This document shows positions 37,318-46,770 of a stretch of DNA of 64,000 nucleotides, piece after piece. A program made the translations under genes and the position numbers. The notes beneath the pieces were generated by a model that was not told the origin of the DNA, searched no databases, and was given only the letters and a program-made list of their open reading frames with translations. The DNA comes from Spirochaeta lutea. Its GTDB lineage: Bacteria; Spirochaetota; Spirochaetia; DSM-27196; Salinispiraceae. Each line of letters begins with the position of its first letter. Position 1 is the stretch's first letter. Location: the NCBI RefSeq assembly GCF_000758165.1, contig NZ_JNUP01000067.1, positions 77,646 through 141,645 on the forward strand, read 5' to 3'.

Positions 37318-38577
37318 ATGGAAATCCCCGGGGTCCAGGGCGGGCGTCTCTCACCCTCCCCAGTACGGATTCTAGTACTGTTCTTGATTCCGGTTCTCAT
37401 GGGGATCAGTCCGCGGTTCCTGGGCGCAGAGCAAACCCTTACAGCCAAGGTAACCGCCCTGTCCTCCATCCAGTACGACCAGGCTCTGGCCGACCTCGGC
37501 CCCCAGGCGGCTCCCGGAGGGGGGTCCCTCCTGCCCGCCCCGGGCTGGTCTGCCTACCCCGGCGCCCAGGCCGAGCTCGGCTTCGCTTCCCGGGGAAACC
37601 GGAATGTCCGGGCTGAAATACGGCTCTCGGCGACCCTGGGAACCCTCAGTTTTGTGGATGTATCCCGGCTCTGGGTGAAGTTCCGGGTTTCACCCCTCAC
37701 GGTTACCATCGGTAAAACCCGCCTTGCCTGGGGACAGGGACTCTTTTTTAATGCCGGGGACCTGCTCCACGGCAGCACCGATCTCACAGCCGATCTGCAG
37801 TCCGAAGAGCTCCGGAGCAATGCCGACTGGGTAACCGCCCTCACCTTCAGCCTCGGGACCTTCAGTATTCTGGAAGTAGCGGCGGTACTGCCCGCCCTGA
37901 ATACCCTGGCAGCTCTCTCCAGCCAGCTGTTCGCAGCCACAGGCCAGGCAGTCTCTGGGGGGACCGACCCCACCTCCAACCCGGGGATGCAGCTCTTTCC
38001 TCCCCTATCCCAGGGAAAGGCCGCCCTTCGTCTGGTTCTCCCCCTGGGCCCGGTAAACACCGAAACCGCATATCGCTTTACCTGGCAGCACCATACCTTG
38101 AGCATCTCCGCCCAATGGCATCTCCTCACCAATCTCTTCGCCGGCCTCACCCTGCCCATTCCCGGCCCCGGAGCATCCCAGGCTGACCAGGACGACCCGA
38201 CTGCGGCCCTATCCAGGGACATGCGAATCTCCGCAGGCCTCTACGACATTCTAAAACTCGGCAGAGAATCAAGTATATCCTACCGACTGGAAGCCCTCAT
38301 CTCCCCCGGGGCAGAGCCTGACGAGATCCTATACCTCTATCCCGAACTCACCCTCGCCATGAATCAAACCATGGCTCTATCGGTCCGGGGCCTCGCTGCC
38401 CCCCTGGAAGACCCCTGGGCAAACTGGAACCTGAGTTTCTCCTGGCAAATCTTCCAAGGTACAACCCTCCTGGCCCACCTGGGCGGTAAGGCCGGGGAGC
38501 TCGTCTGGGGAATCATGGAACCCGGCGCGCCCCAGGCGGATCTTCGCTTAACCCTGGGAGTACGCTATGTCTACTAA
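37318..38577 (+). CDS. Putative outer-membrane beta-barrel protein (hypothetical). Start placed at MEIPGVQG, ahead of a signal-peptide-like segment. The ORF is open back to 36997.
   Basis: n-region with Arg residues, h-region ILVLFLIPVLMGI, c-region FLGA/EQ. Alternating amphipathic pattern. C-terminus ...LGVRYVY has aromatic terminal residues typical of OMP barrels. Confidence 0.45.
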   Translation: MEIPGVQGGRLSPSPVRILVLFLIPVLMGISPRFLGAEQTLTAKVTALSSIQYDQALADLGPQAAPGGGSLLPAPGWSAYPGAQAELGFASRGNRNVRAEIRLSATLGTLSFVDVSRLWVKFRVSPLTVTIGKTRLAWGQGLFFNAGDLLHGSTDLTADLQSEELRSNADWVTALTFSLGTFSILEVAAVLPALNTLAALSSQLFAATGQAVSGGTDPTSNPGMQLFPPLSQGKAALRLVLPLGPVNTETAYRFTWQHHTLSISAQWHLLTNLFAGLTLPIPGPGASQADQDDPTAALSRDMRISAGLYDILKLGRESSISYRLEALISPGAEPDEILYLYPELTLAMNQTMALSVRGLAAPLEDPWANWNLSFSWQIFQGTTLLAHLGGKAGELVWGIMEPGAPQADLRLTLGVRYVY

Positions 38578-39226
38578 TACTGACACCATAAAAACCCGCA
38601 AACAACAGCTCCGAAACCGGATCCAGGCCGCCAAGGAGGATTTCTTTACCATTCCCCAGCGCCGGGACTCCGAGGCGGACTTCCTCCTGCCCCAGCTCCT
38701 GCGCCTGCCCCAGTGGCAGGAGGCCCCGGGCATCCTCTGCTACCTCTCCATGGAGGACGAGTTCCCTACGGACCGTATCCTCCAGATCGCCCGGGGTTCG
38801 GGTAAACCCGTGGCCCTTCCCCGGTTGACGGGCCGGGGCCGGATGGATTTTTTTCTCTGGGACGGCGCTACCCAATCCCTGGAACCCCATCCCTACGGGA
38901 TGCTCGAACCTCCCAGCGATCCTCAGCAACTGGTCCAGAACCATTTTTTGGATTTTTTAGGTGATTCCAATGCCGGCACTCCCCATCCCTGGGTCTGCAT
39001 CACCCCCGGACTTGCCTTCGACCGATCATGCCGGCGGCTGGGCCGGGGGGGCGGTTACTACGACCACTACATCTTCCGGATGCGGAAAGACTACCCCGGC
39101 GCCCTCTATTTCCTTGCCATGGGTCTCTCATTCCAACTGCAGCGGGCCGTTCCCGTGGACACCTACGACCAGCTGGTGGATGCTACACTGGTTCCCCAGG
39201 GGTTGTTTACTCGAACACCAGCCTAG
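38567..39226 (+). CDS. 5-formyltetrahydrofolate cyclo-ligase.
   Basis: About 219 aa with the GGGYYD motif (RRLGRGGGYYDHYI) characteristic of MTHFS/YgfA. Confidence 0.8.
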   Translation: MSTNTDTIKTRKQQLRNRIQAAKEDFFTIPQRRDSEADFLLPQLLRLPQWQEAPGILCYLSMEDEFPTDRILQIARGSGKPVALPRLTGRGRMDFFLWDGATQSLEPHPYGMLEPPSDPQQLVQNHFLDFLGDSNAGTPHPWVCITPGLAFDRSCRRLGRGGGYYDHYIFRMRKDYPGALYFLAMGLSFQLQRAVPVDTYDQLVDATLVPQGLFTRTPA

Positions 39227-39327
39227 TCGCCCACCGACGTGCCCGTTGGTCCCGGCTCCACCCAAGCAGTACCGAAAAGCCCGGCGGCGGCTCGGGACCT
39301 GTGACGCCGGGCACGAAGTCCTCAGCA

Positions 39328-40989
39328 TCAGATATCCCGGCTGTCCCGGATCCGCATATCTGCTGTCAGGCACTCCAAGGACATCCCCAATTCCTTGTTC
39401 CCCTCCACAAAGGGAACCCGTTCCCGAAGCCAGTCCACCAGCGCCGGGGCCGATCCCGGTCCTGTGCCGGAATCTGAGCCCAGCCCGGAAACAGCCAGCC
39501 ATGACCCAAACCGCAGTTCCCAGGCCTGACCCGCAACGGCAAGCCCGTGGGCAGCACAGAGGTAGGCCAGGTCCAGGGCCTCTCCAAGCTTCAACGCGGA
39601 AACCGTCCCCATGGAAACCACATCCTGGTTCTGACTCTCGGTAGGACGGGTGAGGACCGAAACCGGTCCGGCGGTATGTTGCGCCTCTGCGGCCAGGGCG
39701 CTGGTCGTAATCCCCAGGGCCTTGAGGCCGAAGCGCGGCCCCTGACGGGTTTGTCCATTCCAGGGATCCTCATCACCCCCTCCGACCCCCTCCTCCCCGG
39801 GAGGAACCAGATTATCGGGCAGGATTCCCCGGCTATCCAGGAGCTGCTGGACCTGACGGTCCATCAGGGTTGTGGTGGTAGGAAGGGCGATGCGCAGGTA
39901 ATCGCAGGCCGCCGAAATATGCCCGCCGAAGAAGTTACCGGTATGGTAGACCCGGCGGTCCAGGGTATCGAAGAGGGGATTATCATTAGCCGAATTCAAT
40001 TCATCTTCTATCCAGGGTTCGATAGCCTGGAGGGTATCCCAGAGCACCCCGTTCATCTGGGGGGCGCAGCGCAGGCTGTATCGGGGCTGTATATTACTGG
40101 ACCGCCGGCGCATACTTTCCCGAAAGCCCGGGTCGCTGGGGGTATCTGCTATCCTGTGGCTAGGCCGGGCCGGGTCGCTGATGGGAGTAGGATCCAGACC
40201 GCCCCGGCGGCGGATGATCTCCCCGGAGGTTCGGGGTCCGGGATGGTGCTTCTGCCGATGCACCCAGTCTTCGAAGGGCTCTCGGGGGGTATTCAAGGCC
40301 GCAGCTCCCAGGGCCGTGCAGGCATCGGCCCAGGCAGCAAGGCTCTCGGTCTGGCACCAGTACACCCCCGCCAGGGCTGTCATTACCGCTGTGCCGTTCA
40401 TCAACGCCAGACCCTCCTTCATCTCCCACTTCCAGGGCTGAATTCCCCGTTCTTCGAAAACCTCCCGGGTATTCTTCACCTCCCCCCGATACCAAACCCG
40501 TCGCCCCCCGGCCAATACCGCCGCCAGGTAACTGAGGGGGGTAAGATCGCCGCTGGCACCCACACTCCCGCGGCTGGGAATTACCGGTGCGATACCGGCA
40601 TTAAAGACCGCCGCCATATGCTCCAGGAGCTCCGGGCGGATTCCGGATACGCCGCGGCAGAGGCTCACTATCCGGGTAAAAAAGACAGCCCGGGACATAT
40701 TCTCATCCAGAACCGGCCCCACCCCCGCACCATGATACTCTATAACCCCTTCCTGGAGGGCTGAACGCCACTGGGGCGGAATATGCAGGTCGCCCTGGGC
40801 CCCGAACCCGGTGGTAACCCCATAAATGGCCTCTCCCCGACGTTCCAGATCCTCAAGGAGAAGCCTGGATTTCCGAGTCTTCTCCAAGACCTCGGCATCC
40901 AGGACCAACTCCGCCCCCCGGGTATACACCCGGTAAAGTTCACGTAATGTGATTTTTTTATCACAAATTGCTATTTTTTCCTTGACCAT
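39328..40989 (-). CDS. Aromatic amino acid ammonia-lyase (HAL/PAL/TAL family), here most likely tyrosine ammonia-lyase for p-coumarate synthesis.
   Basis: MIO-forming Ala-Ser-Gly triad in [16 protein letters not shown]-terminal GVTTGFG, and YSLRCAPQ block. Located divergent to pyp and next to a 4-coumarate-CoA ligase. Confidence 0.85.
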   Translation of the reverse strand: MVKEKIAICDKKITLRELYRVYTRGAELVLDAEVLEKTRKSRLLLEDLERRGEAIYGVTTGFGAQGDLHIPPQWRSALQEGVIEYHGAGVGPVLDENMSRAVFFTRIVSLCRGVSGIRPELLEHMAAVFNAGIAPVIPSRGSVGASGDLTPLSYLAAVLAGGRRVWYRGEVKNTREVFEERGIQPWKWEMKEGLALMNGTAVMTALAGVYWCQTESLAAWADACTALGAAALNTPREPFEDWVHRQKHHPGPRTSGEIIRRRGGLDPTPISDPARPSHRIADTPSDPGFRESMRRRSSNIQPRYSLRCAPQMNGVLWDTLQAIEPWIEDELNSANDNPLFDTLDRRVYHTGNFFGGHISAACDYLRIALPTTTTLMDRQVQQLLDSRGILPDNLVPPGEEGVGGGDEDPWNGQTRQGPRFGLKALGITTSALAAEAQHTAGPVSVLTRPTESQNQDVVSMGTVSALKLGEALDLAYLCAAHGLAVAGQAWELRFGSWLAVSGLGSDSGTGPGSAPALVDWLRERVPFVEGNKELGMSLECLTADMRIRDSRDI

Positions 40990-41054
40990 TTATCCCCCTA
41001 TACCTATATTTGTACCTATACTTAGGTATAAGACTACCGTATGGAGGAAAAAAT

Positions 41055-41432
41055 ATGGAAGTAATTAACTTTGGATCCCAGGATATGGGAAACGTCATGG
41101 CAAAACTCGGAGACGGAAAGATAGACGACCTGGCCTTTGGAGCAATCAAACTGGACAAAGACGGTACAATCCTCTCCTATAACCAGGCTGAAGGAGCTAT
41201 CACCGGCAGGGATCCCCAAGAGGTAATCGGGAAAAATTTCTTTACCCAGGTCGCACCATGTACCAACCAGCCGGGTTTCTTCGGAAAGTTTCAAGACGGG
41301 GTGGCAAAAAATGAGCTGAACACCATGTTTGAATACGTGTTTGATTATAAAATGCAGCCTACCAAGGTAAAGGTCCACATGATGAAGGCCCAGATCGGGG
41401 AAGGCTACTATATCTTCGTAAAGCGTATCTAG
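41055..41432 (+). CDS. pyp: Photoactive yellow protein (125 aa).
   Basis: Colinear with Halorhodospira PYP, with conserved Tyr42, Glu46, Thr50, Arg52 ([13 protein letters not shown]) and chromophore Cys69 (QVAPCTN). C-terminus [22 protein letters not shown]...IFVKRI. GGAGGA RBS. Confidence 0.9.
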   Translation: MEVINFGSQDMGNVMAKLGDGKIDDLAFGAIKLDKDGTILSYNQAEGAITGRDPQEVIGKNFFTQVAPCTNQPGFFGKFQDGVAKNELNTMFEYVFDYKMQPTKVKVHMMKAQIGEGYYIFVKRI

Positions 41433-41508
41433 TACCTAGACCCCGCACCTGGCGACCCCTGCTCAAAAGGGGTCTGCCATCGCCGAATCACCCCCGGGAG
41501 GACCCCCC

Positions 41509-42744
41509 ATGAAACTGCCCCGAAGCATGATAGAACGCTTTGTTCTCGATTTTGTTACCTACCACCTTGCTGCGCTTCGGGGGCAGGGGGGCGGAAACGA
41601 AACCGGCGGAAACACATCCCCCCAAACCGGACTGAGTATCCCCCAGAAAAACCGGGAACAGCTTTGGACAACATCCTTTCATGCAGACCCCTGGTTCATG
41701 GACAGCCTGGAGCTGGTAACCCTCGCGGGCATGATGGCGGAAAGTTTTCATATTCACCGGGTGGGAATTGAGGATATGCTCCTGGCAAAACCCAGTCTCA
41801 AGGACTGGTCCGAACTCGTTGAAACAAGCCTTCAACACTATGACCGGGAACTCACATTTTTTACCTCCGGCAGCACCGGACTCCCCAAAGCGGTAGCTCA
41901 CCGCACCCGGCTCCTGGAGGAAGAGGTGGATCACCTGGCCGAGACCGTAACAAAAAGCCTTTCCAAGGCCGGCCAGGGCCCTCCCCGAGAAATTCTATCC
42001 ACCGTTGCCAGTAACCACATCTACGGCTTTCTATTCACCATCCTACTTCCCTTGGCCCTAGATATCCCCGTAAGGCCCCTCAGCGGGCTATCTCTAAACC
42101 TAGATGCCGGTCAGATACTAGTAACCATTCCCAACCTCATCCGCAGCTGGCACACCCGATCCCCCTCAGCCCCAAAACAAGGCATGGTACTCACCTCTAC
42201 CGCACCCCTGGACCGGGAACTTGCGCAGTGGCTCGATTCCGGCCCCATCCCCTGGATGGAGGTCTACGGCTCATCAGAGACCTCAGGTATAGCCTACAGG
42301 CAGCGGGCTGAAGACAGCTTCACCCTCCTGCCCTACTGGACTCCATCCCCGGATGGTCAAAGCCTGAGCAGGCAGGGTCTGGAGGAACCGGCGGACCTTC
42401 CCGACCTGGTGGAATGGGACACTCGAACCACCCTGCGGCCCCTCGAACGCAGGGACCAAGCCGTGCAGGTTTCCGGAATCAACGTCTTCCCCCGGGAGAT
42501 CGCCCGGCAGCTGGAAACCAACCCCCTGGTATCAGCAGCCCGGGTGCGGCCCATGGAGACCCCCGGGGGTACCCGGCTGAAGGCCTTCATTGTACCCGCC
42601 GACCCGGCCGCCCCAACCCAAGAAACGGAACAACGCCTCCGGAGTTGGGCGGCATCCCGCCTGCCCGGAACCAGCCGCCCCGCCAAGTACAGCTTCGGCC
42701 CGCGAATACCCGCGAATGCCATGGGCAAGGAGCAGGACTGGTAG
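41509..42744 (+). CDS. p-Coumarate-CoA ligase (adenylate-forming enzyme; PYP chromophore-activating pCL).
   Basis: AMP-binding P-loop FTSGSTGLPKAVAH. About 410 aa short ANL-family ligase. Synteny with pyp and TAL. Confidence 0.75.
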   Translation: MKLPRSMIERFVLDFVTYHLAALRGQGGGNETGGNTSPQTGLSIPQKNREQLWTTSFHADPWFMDSLELVTLAGMMAESFHIHRVGIEDMLLAKPSLKDWSELVETSLQHYDRELTFFTSGSTGLPKAVAHRTRLLEEEVDHLAETVTKSLSKAGQGPPREILSTVASNHIYGFLFTILLPLALDIPVRPLSGLSLNLDAGQILVTIPNLIRSWHTRSPSAPKQGMVLTSTAPLDRELAQWLDSGPIPWMEVYGSSETSGIAYRQRAEDSFTLLPYWTPSPDGQSLSRQGLEEPADLPDLVEWDTRTTLRPLERRDQAVQVSGINVFPREIARQLETNPLVSAARVRPMETPGGTRLKAFIVPADPAAPTQETEQRLRSWAASRLPGTSRPAKYSFGPRIPANAMGKEQDW

Positions 42745-42907
42745 TCATCACCATCCGCCGGAGCTAAACCTGCCTATCCCTGAATGTGCCCCCGGCCCCG
42801 TTCCTTCCCCAGCCCGAATTTACCGAGCCCGTACCCACCCAGGACCGCCCGCCGCCCGAGCAATCGCCGCCCCGAACAGGACCACCGGACCGCCCTCCAG
42901 TCAGGCG

Positions 42908-42960
42908 ACCGGTATCCCTACCAAACCGCCCTCCTGTCACAGAACCGGTATCCCTACCAA
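42908..42960. repeat. 17-bp direct repeat ACCGGTATCCCTACCAA x2 (period 36 bp) in the 360-bp Pro-codon-rich intergenic region downstream of pcl.
   Basis: Direct reading. The spacing of about 3.5 helical turns could represent paired binding sites. Confidence 0.5.
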
Positions 42961-43105
42961 GGCCCCTTACCCACCCCGGGCCCCATTGTTTTCGGTGGGC
43001 GATACGCGGTATTTTTGGTATAGTTAACCAATACAGGAGAATCCTTATCCTATTGCAAGAGACCTTTGCACGAGGCCCCTGTAACCACGTTAAAAGGACA
43101 CCACT

Positions 43106-43693
43106 ATGGCAATGATAAAAAGCGCCCTCGATCTGGCCCTGGAACGAACCAAGGATATCGCCAGCGACAAAGCCTCCCTCAGGGCGAAAGAAACAAAAGA
43201 GCGGGGCATGCGGTTATTTTCCCAAATCTACGATTCCCCGGACTTCGACGCCGCTCAGGAAATCACCAAGGCCCCGAAAGAGGATCAGGAACAGCTGCGA
43301 AGAGGCCTGTTCCAAACCGCCCTGACCCGGCTCCAGCTTCCCCAGACCGAGGCGGCCCTCCATGACCTTCCCGCTGTAACCCGGGCCCTGATCGCCACTG
43401 GAGCGGAAGCCTCGGCGGCAACCCAGATCATGGATCAGCTCCAGAGCCTCTTTGACCGCTACCTCCAGGACCGTGACCAGCTCTACAACGCAGTGGTCCA
43501 GCAGTATACCCCGGTTCTCCGGCAGAAGGAGCAGCAGCTTGCCCAACAGACCGGCCGTAAGGTAACCCTAACCCCGGAACAGGACCCGGAGTTCCAGAAA
43601 TACTTCAAACAAAACCTGGACCAACTGGAAGAACAGTACCAACAAATGGTGGATCAAGCCCGGAGCCAGCTTCAGACCCTCACCGGCCTGTAA
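43106..43693 (+). CDS. Hypothetical helical, Gln/Glu-rich protein.
   Basis: 195-aa ORF with coding-like composition. No motifs recognised. 47 bp upstream of the cyclase gene. Confidence 0.4.
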   Translation: MAMIKSALDLALERTKDIASDKASLRAKETKERGMRLFSQIYDSPDFDAAQEITKAPKEDQEQLRRGLFQTALTRLQLPQTEAALHDLPAVTRALIATGAEASAATQIMDQLQSLFDRYLQDRDQLYNAVVQQYTPVLRQKEQQLAQQTGRKVTLTPEQDPEFQKYFKQNLDQLEEQYQQMVDQARSQLQTLTGL

Positions 43694-43740
43694 GCGCTTC
43701 CCGATACGGGGGCGGAACCTCAGGAGTTAGGGGGATTTGA

Positions 43741-46700
43741 ATGCAGACCCAAAGCAACCATGGGCATCTTAAACAGGGAGACCGGCGGAATGTCACCGTC
43801 CTGTTCACCGATCTGGAGGACTTCACCCGGCTCTCCCAGGACCTGGATCCAGAAGAAACCGAGCAACTCATGGATACGGTATTCTCCAGTTTCGAGCAGA
43901 TCATCCGGCGACACGAAGGAACGGTTGAAAAATATATCGGCGACGCCCTGGTAGCAGTCTTCGGCACCCCCAGAATTCATGAGGACGACCCCGTACGGGC
44001 TGTACATGCAGCCCTGGATTTTTACCAGGTTGTACGCCGGCTGAACCAGGGCTTCACCACCCACAACCAGGGGCTGCGGTTCAGGACCGGAATTCACACC
44101 GGCCTCATCACCACGGGGAAGCGGGGTGATCACACCGTGGTGACCGGCCACACCATGAACATTGCCGCCCGATTACAGAGCGCCGCCGACCCGGGAACCA
44201 TTCTGGTAAGCGAACAAACCCACCAGGAATGCGGCGGGGAGTTCGCCGTATCACCGCCCCAGGAGATCAAGGCCAAGGGCATCAGCGACCTGATCTCAGC
44301 CCGAAAGATTCTCGGGCGCAGCCCCCATTCCCTTAAAGATGAACGGTTCTTCCTCGGCAACACCGACCTGGAATCCGAGATTCTGACCGCATACCTTCGG
44401 TTTGACGGTACATCCCCCGGGGGATTTCTCCTGGAAGGAGAGCCCGGTTCGGGCAAAACGGCCCTGGCCAAACACATCATCAGTAAACTCAGGGCCTTCC
44501 CCGACTTCCAGGCCCCGATCCTCCACGCCCGGGCGCGCAAGTTCCGCAGCCGCCCCTTCGCCGTCATCACCGACAGCATCATCAACACCCTGCACCTCTC
44601 CCCGGACAGCGCCCCCGAAGAGATCACCGCCGCCCTGGAACACCAGTACAGGATCCCCCAATCCTCCGCCCGGGCTTTCCCCGCCACCCTGGAGCTGCAT
44701 TCCAAGGACAAGGCGCCGGGGGACTACCTGCCCATGCTCACGGAAATCTTCCGGGCCATCCTCAGTACCCCGACCCCGGGGCCCTACCAGCCCATCATCT
44801 TCGTCGACAATACCGATTTCATTGATCCCCAAAGCATGGCGTTTTTCCGGTTCTACATCCGTCAAAGTCAGCAGTTTCCCTTCTTCCTCTTCACCGACCG
44901 CCACCCGGGGGAGGATATCTGCTCCCTCTTTCCCGACATCGAGGTCCGGGAGGTTCCGCCTCTGGGGACGGTGGACGCCCAGGCTCTGATTCAGCATCTT
45001 CAGGATCAATACCAGCTTCCTCTCAAACACGAAGATGTTCAGCGAATTCTGACCAGCGCCGGGGGCAATCCCCTGTTCCTCCAGAGCTACATCCGGTACA
45101 TGGCGGAACACCACGAAGAACAGAATCCCGTGGAGGTACCGTCAACGGTACAGAACGTGTATCTGGCAGAGCTGAGCACCTATAACGATGATGTACGGGA
45201 TTTGCTAAAGAAACTATCGGTGTTTAACCATTCCTTCTCCCTGGCTGATGCCCAGTGGATGCAAACCCAGACCCAGGGGGATCCCGGTTTAGTAACCCGG
45301 GCCCTGGAGTTCTTCCTCCAGCAGGATATCATCACCCAGGAAAACGACATCTACTACTTCCGCCACGATGTACAGAAAAAAGCGATATACAACAGTCTCC
45401 TAAACTACAACAAACGTATTCTGCACCGCCTCATCGCTGCCCGCATGAGAATGCAGGATCATCCCCATCCGGTCCGGCTGGTTCACCACCTTGTGAGGAG
45501 TGAAGCCTACCAGGAAGCCTTGGACGTACTAAAGACCGCTCCGGACCGCAGCGTGAACCTGGATTTTCTGCCCTATCTTGAACTCATGGAATCAACCTTC
45601 CAGGGGGATGATCTGGATACCCAGCTGAGCATCCAGTTCAGCCGTTGTGCTATTCTCTTTAATAACGGGCGCACCAAAGAGGCCGACACCATCGTACAAA
45701 AAATCCTCAGCACCGCTATATCCCGCCAGCATCTGCCCTCCGCAGCCCGGGCCTACCACCTGTTAACCGGGTATAATGCGAAAAGTTTCCGGTACAATAA
45801 GGCATCCTACTGCGGCATGAAGGCCTTGGATTTTTACCGCCGCAGCAACCCCGAGCACCCCGCCCAGGGAAACCTGCTTCACATTCTTGTGGGTATGGAA
45901 ACCGCCCGGGGTTCTGTGAACCGGGCCCAGGAGCTCCTTGATGAGCTTGATCAAACCGCCCGGGATGTCCCAGCCATCCGGTTCGCCGCCGACTTCGCCC
46001 GGATAGAATTCCTTGAAATTCAGGGGCTGTACCGGGATGCCCAGGACCGTCTGGCTGCCCTGCCGGATACCTTCCAGGATTCGGATGTTCCCCTCTACAA
46101 GGAGCGGTTTATGGCGAGTCTGGCATGGAACCGTCTTGATCTGGAGCAGTTTCTGTCGGTAGCTCCGGCTATTATCCAATCTCCCAGCCAGGATGCAGCC
46201 ACCCGGGCACGCCTCAGCGCCCGGACTGCCTTCGCCCGGCACTCCCTTCTGGGTTTCGCCCCGGGAGATTACCTCGACCAGGCAGCCTTCTACAGCCTTA
46301 GGACCCAAAACGATTTCGATCTGCTCAGCGCTGAAGCCGGACGGTCCCAGGTTCTGGCTTGTCTGGGAGAATACGAGAAGGCCGAGGCAGTCGCCCGGGA
46401 AACCCTCTCCCTGGCCCTGCGGCACTCGGCCTTCCACCCCGCCTTTACCCTGCTCATGGTGCTTCTGGAAACGGCCGTCATACGGGGAAATCAGAAGGAG
46501 ATTGAGTTTTATCTGATTGAAGCAGAGCATATCCATCGCCAGGGCATGTACTTGGATCCCCTGGACACCATTCAGTACCGCTATTTCAGGGCCATCCACC
46601 TGCCTGCCGGCTGCCAGCCCAGGCCGGAGGAGGAGCTCCAGGAGCTATGGAGCCGTACCCTGGAAAACCTCCAGGGAGAGAGGGGCGTTGAAATCCTCCT

Positions 46701-46758
46701 GGGAATGAGAAATTTTGCAGAAATTCAGAAAAGTCTTGAAAGCCGTACCCGGTCATGA
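43741..46758 (+). CDS. Class III nucleotidyl (adenylyl/guanylyl-type) cyclase domain fused to a STAND/AAA+ P-loop NTPase and a C-terminal TPR-like helical repeat region.
   Basis: Cyclase homology domain: RNVTVLFTDLEDFT (metal Asp), KYIGDALVAVFG (second metal Asp), GIHTGLITTG. Walker A LLEGEPGSGKTALAK about 230 aa in. About 550 aa of helical repeats follow. No HTH seen at the C-terminus. Confidence 0.8.
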   Translation: MQTQSNHGHLKQGDRRNVTVLFTDLEDFTRLSQDLDPEETEQLMDTVFSSFEQIIRRHEGTVEKYIGDALVAVFGTPRIHEDDPVRAVHAALDFYQVVRRLNQGFTTHNQGLRFRTGIHTGLITTGKRGDHTVVTGHTMNIAARLQSAADPGTILVSEQTHQECGGEFAVSPPQEIKAKGISDLISARKILGRSPHSLKDERFFLGNTDLESEILTAYLRFDGTSPGGFLLEGEPGSGKTALAKHIISKLRAFPDFQAPILHARARKFRSRPFAVITDSIINTLHLSPDSAPEEITAALEHQYRIPQSSARAFPATLELHSKDKAPGDYLPMLTEIFRAILSTPTPGPYQPIIFVDNTDFIDPQSMAFFRFYIRQSQQFPFFLFTDRHPGEDICSLFPDIEVREVPPLGTVDAQALIQHLQDQYQLPLKHEDVQRILTSAGGNPLFLQSYIRYMAEHHEEQNPVEVPSTVQNVYLAELSTYNDDVRDLLKKLSVFNHSFSLADAQWMQTQTQGDPGLVTRALEFFLQQDIITQENDIYYFRHDVQKKAIYNSLLNYNKRILHRLIAARMRMQDHPHPVRLVHHLVRSEAYQEALDVLKTAPDRSVNLDFLPYLELMESTFQGDDLDTQLSIQFSRCAILFNNGRTKEADTIVQKILSTAISRQHLPSAARAYHLLTGYNAKSFRYNKASYCGMKALDFYRRSNPEHPAQGNLLHILVGMETARGSVNRAQELLDELDQTARDVPAIRFAADFARIEFLEIQGLYRDAQDRLAALPDTFQDSDVPLYKERFMASLAWNRLDLEQFLSVAPAIIQSPSQDAATRARLSARTAFARHSLLGFAPGDYLDQAAFYSLRTQNDFDLLSAEAGRSQVLACLGEYEKAEAVARETLSLALRHSAFHPAFTLLMVLLETAVIRGNQKEIEFYLIEAEHIHRQGMYLDPLDTIQYRYFRAIHLPAGCQPRPEEELQELWSRTLENLQGERGVEILLGMRNFAEIQKSLESRTRS

Positions 46759-46770
46759 CAGAATACGAGT

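Noticed and set aside
37067-37375. 102-aa ORF encoding (GPGLSI)n across the 18-bp tandem array
   Set aside because: The frame exists only because of the repeat. It has no RBS and no N- or C-terminal non-repeat domains. The array is annotated as a repeat instead.
42590-43115. Several overlapping Pro/Arg-rich ORFs (145 aa, 109 aa, 79 aa) after pcl
   Set aside because: They are mutually overlapping in different frames of a GC-rich spacer, with no start context or motifs. They are treated as non-coding and flagged only for the 17-bp repeats.
43106-43693. Assigning the helical Q/E-rich 195-aa protein as a fourth component of the cyclase system
   Set aside because: It is separated by 47 nt and has no recognisable domains. 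It is kept as a hypothetical CDS, since membership cannot be supported from sequence alone.
44296-45114. 272-aa minus-strand ORF and 195-aa + frame ORF inside the cyclase-STAND gene
   Set aside because: They are alternative frames of the 1005-aa gene, which has clear Walker A and cyclase motifs. No independent evidence supports them.
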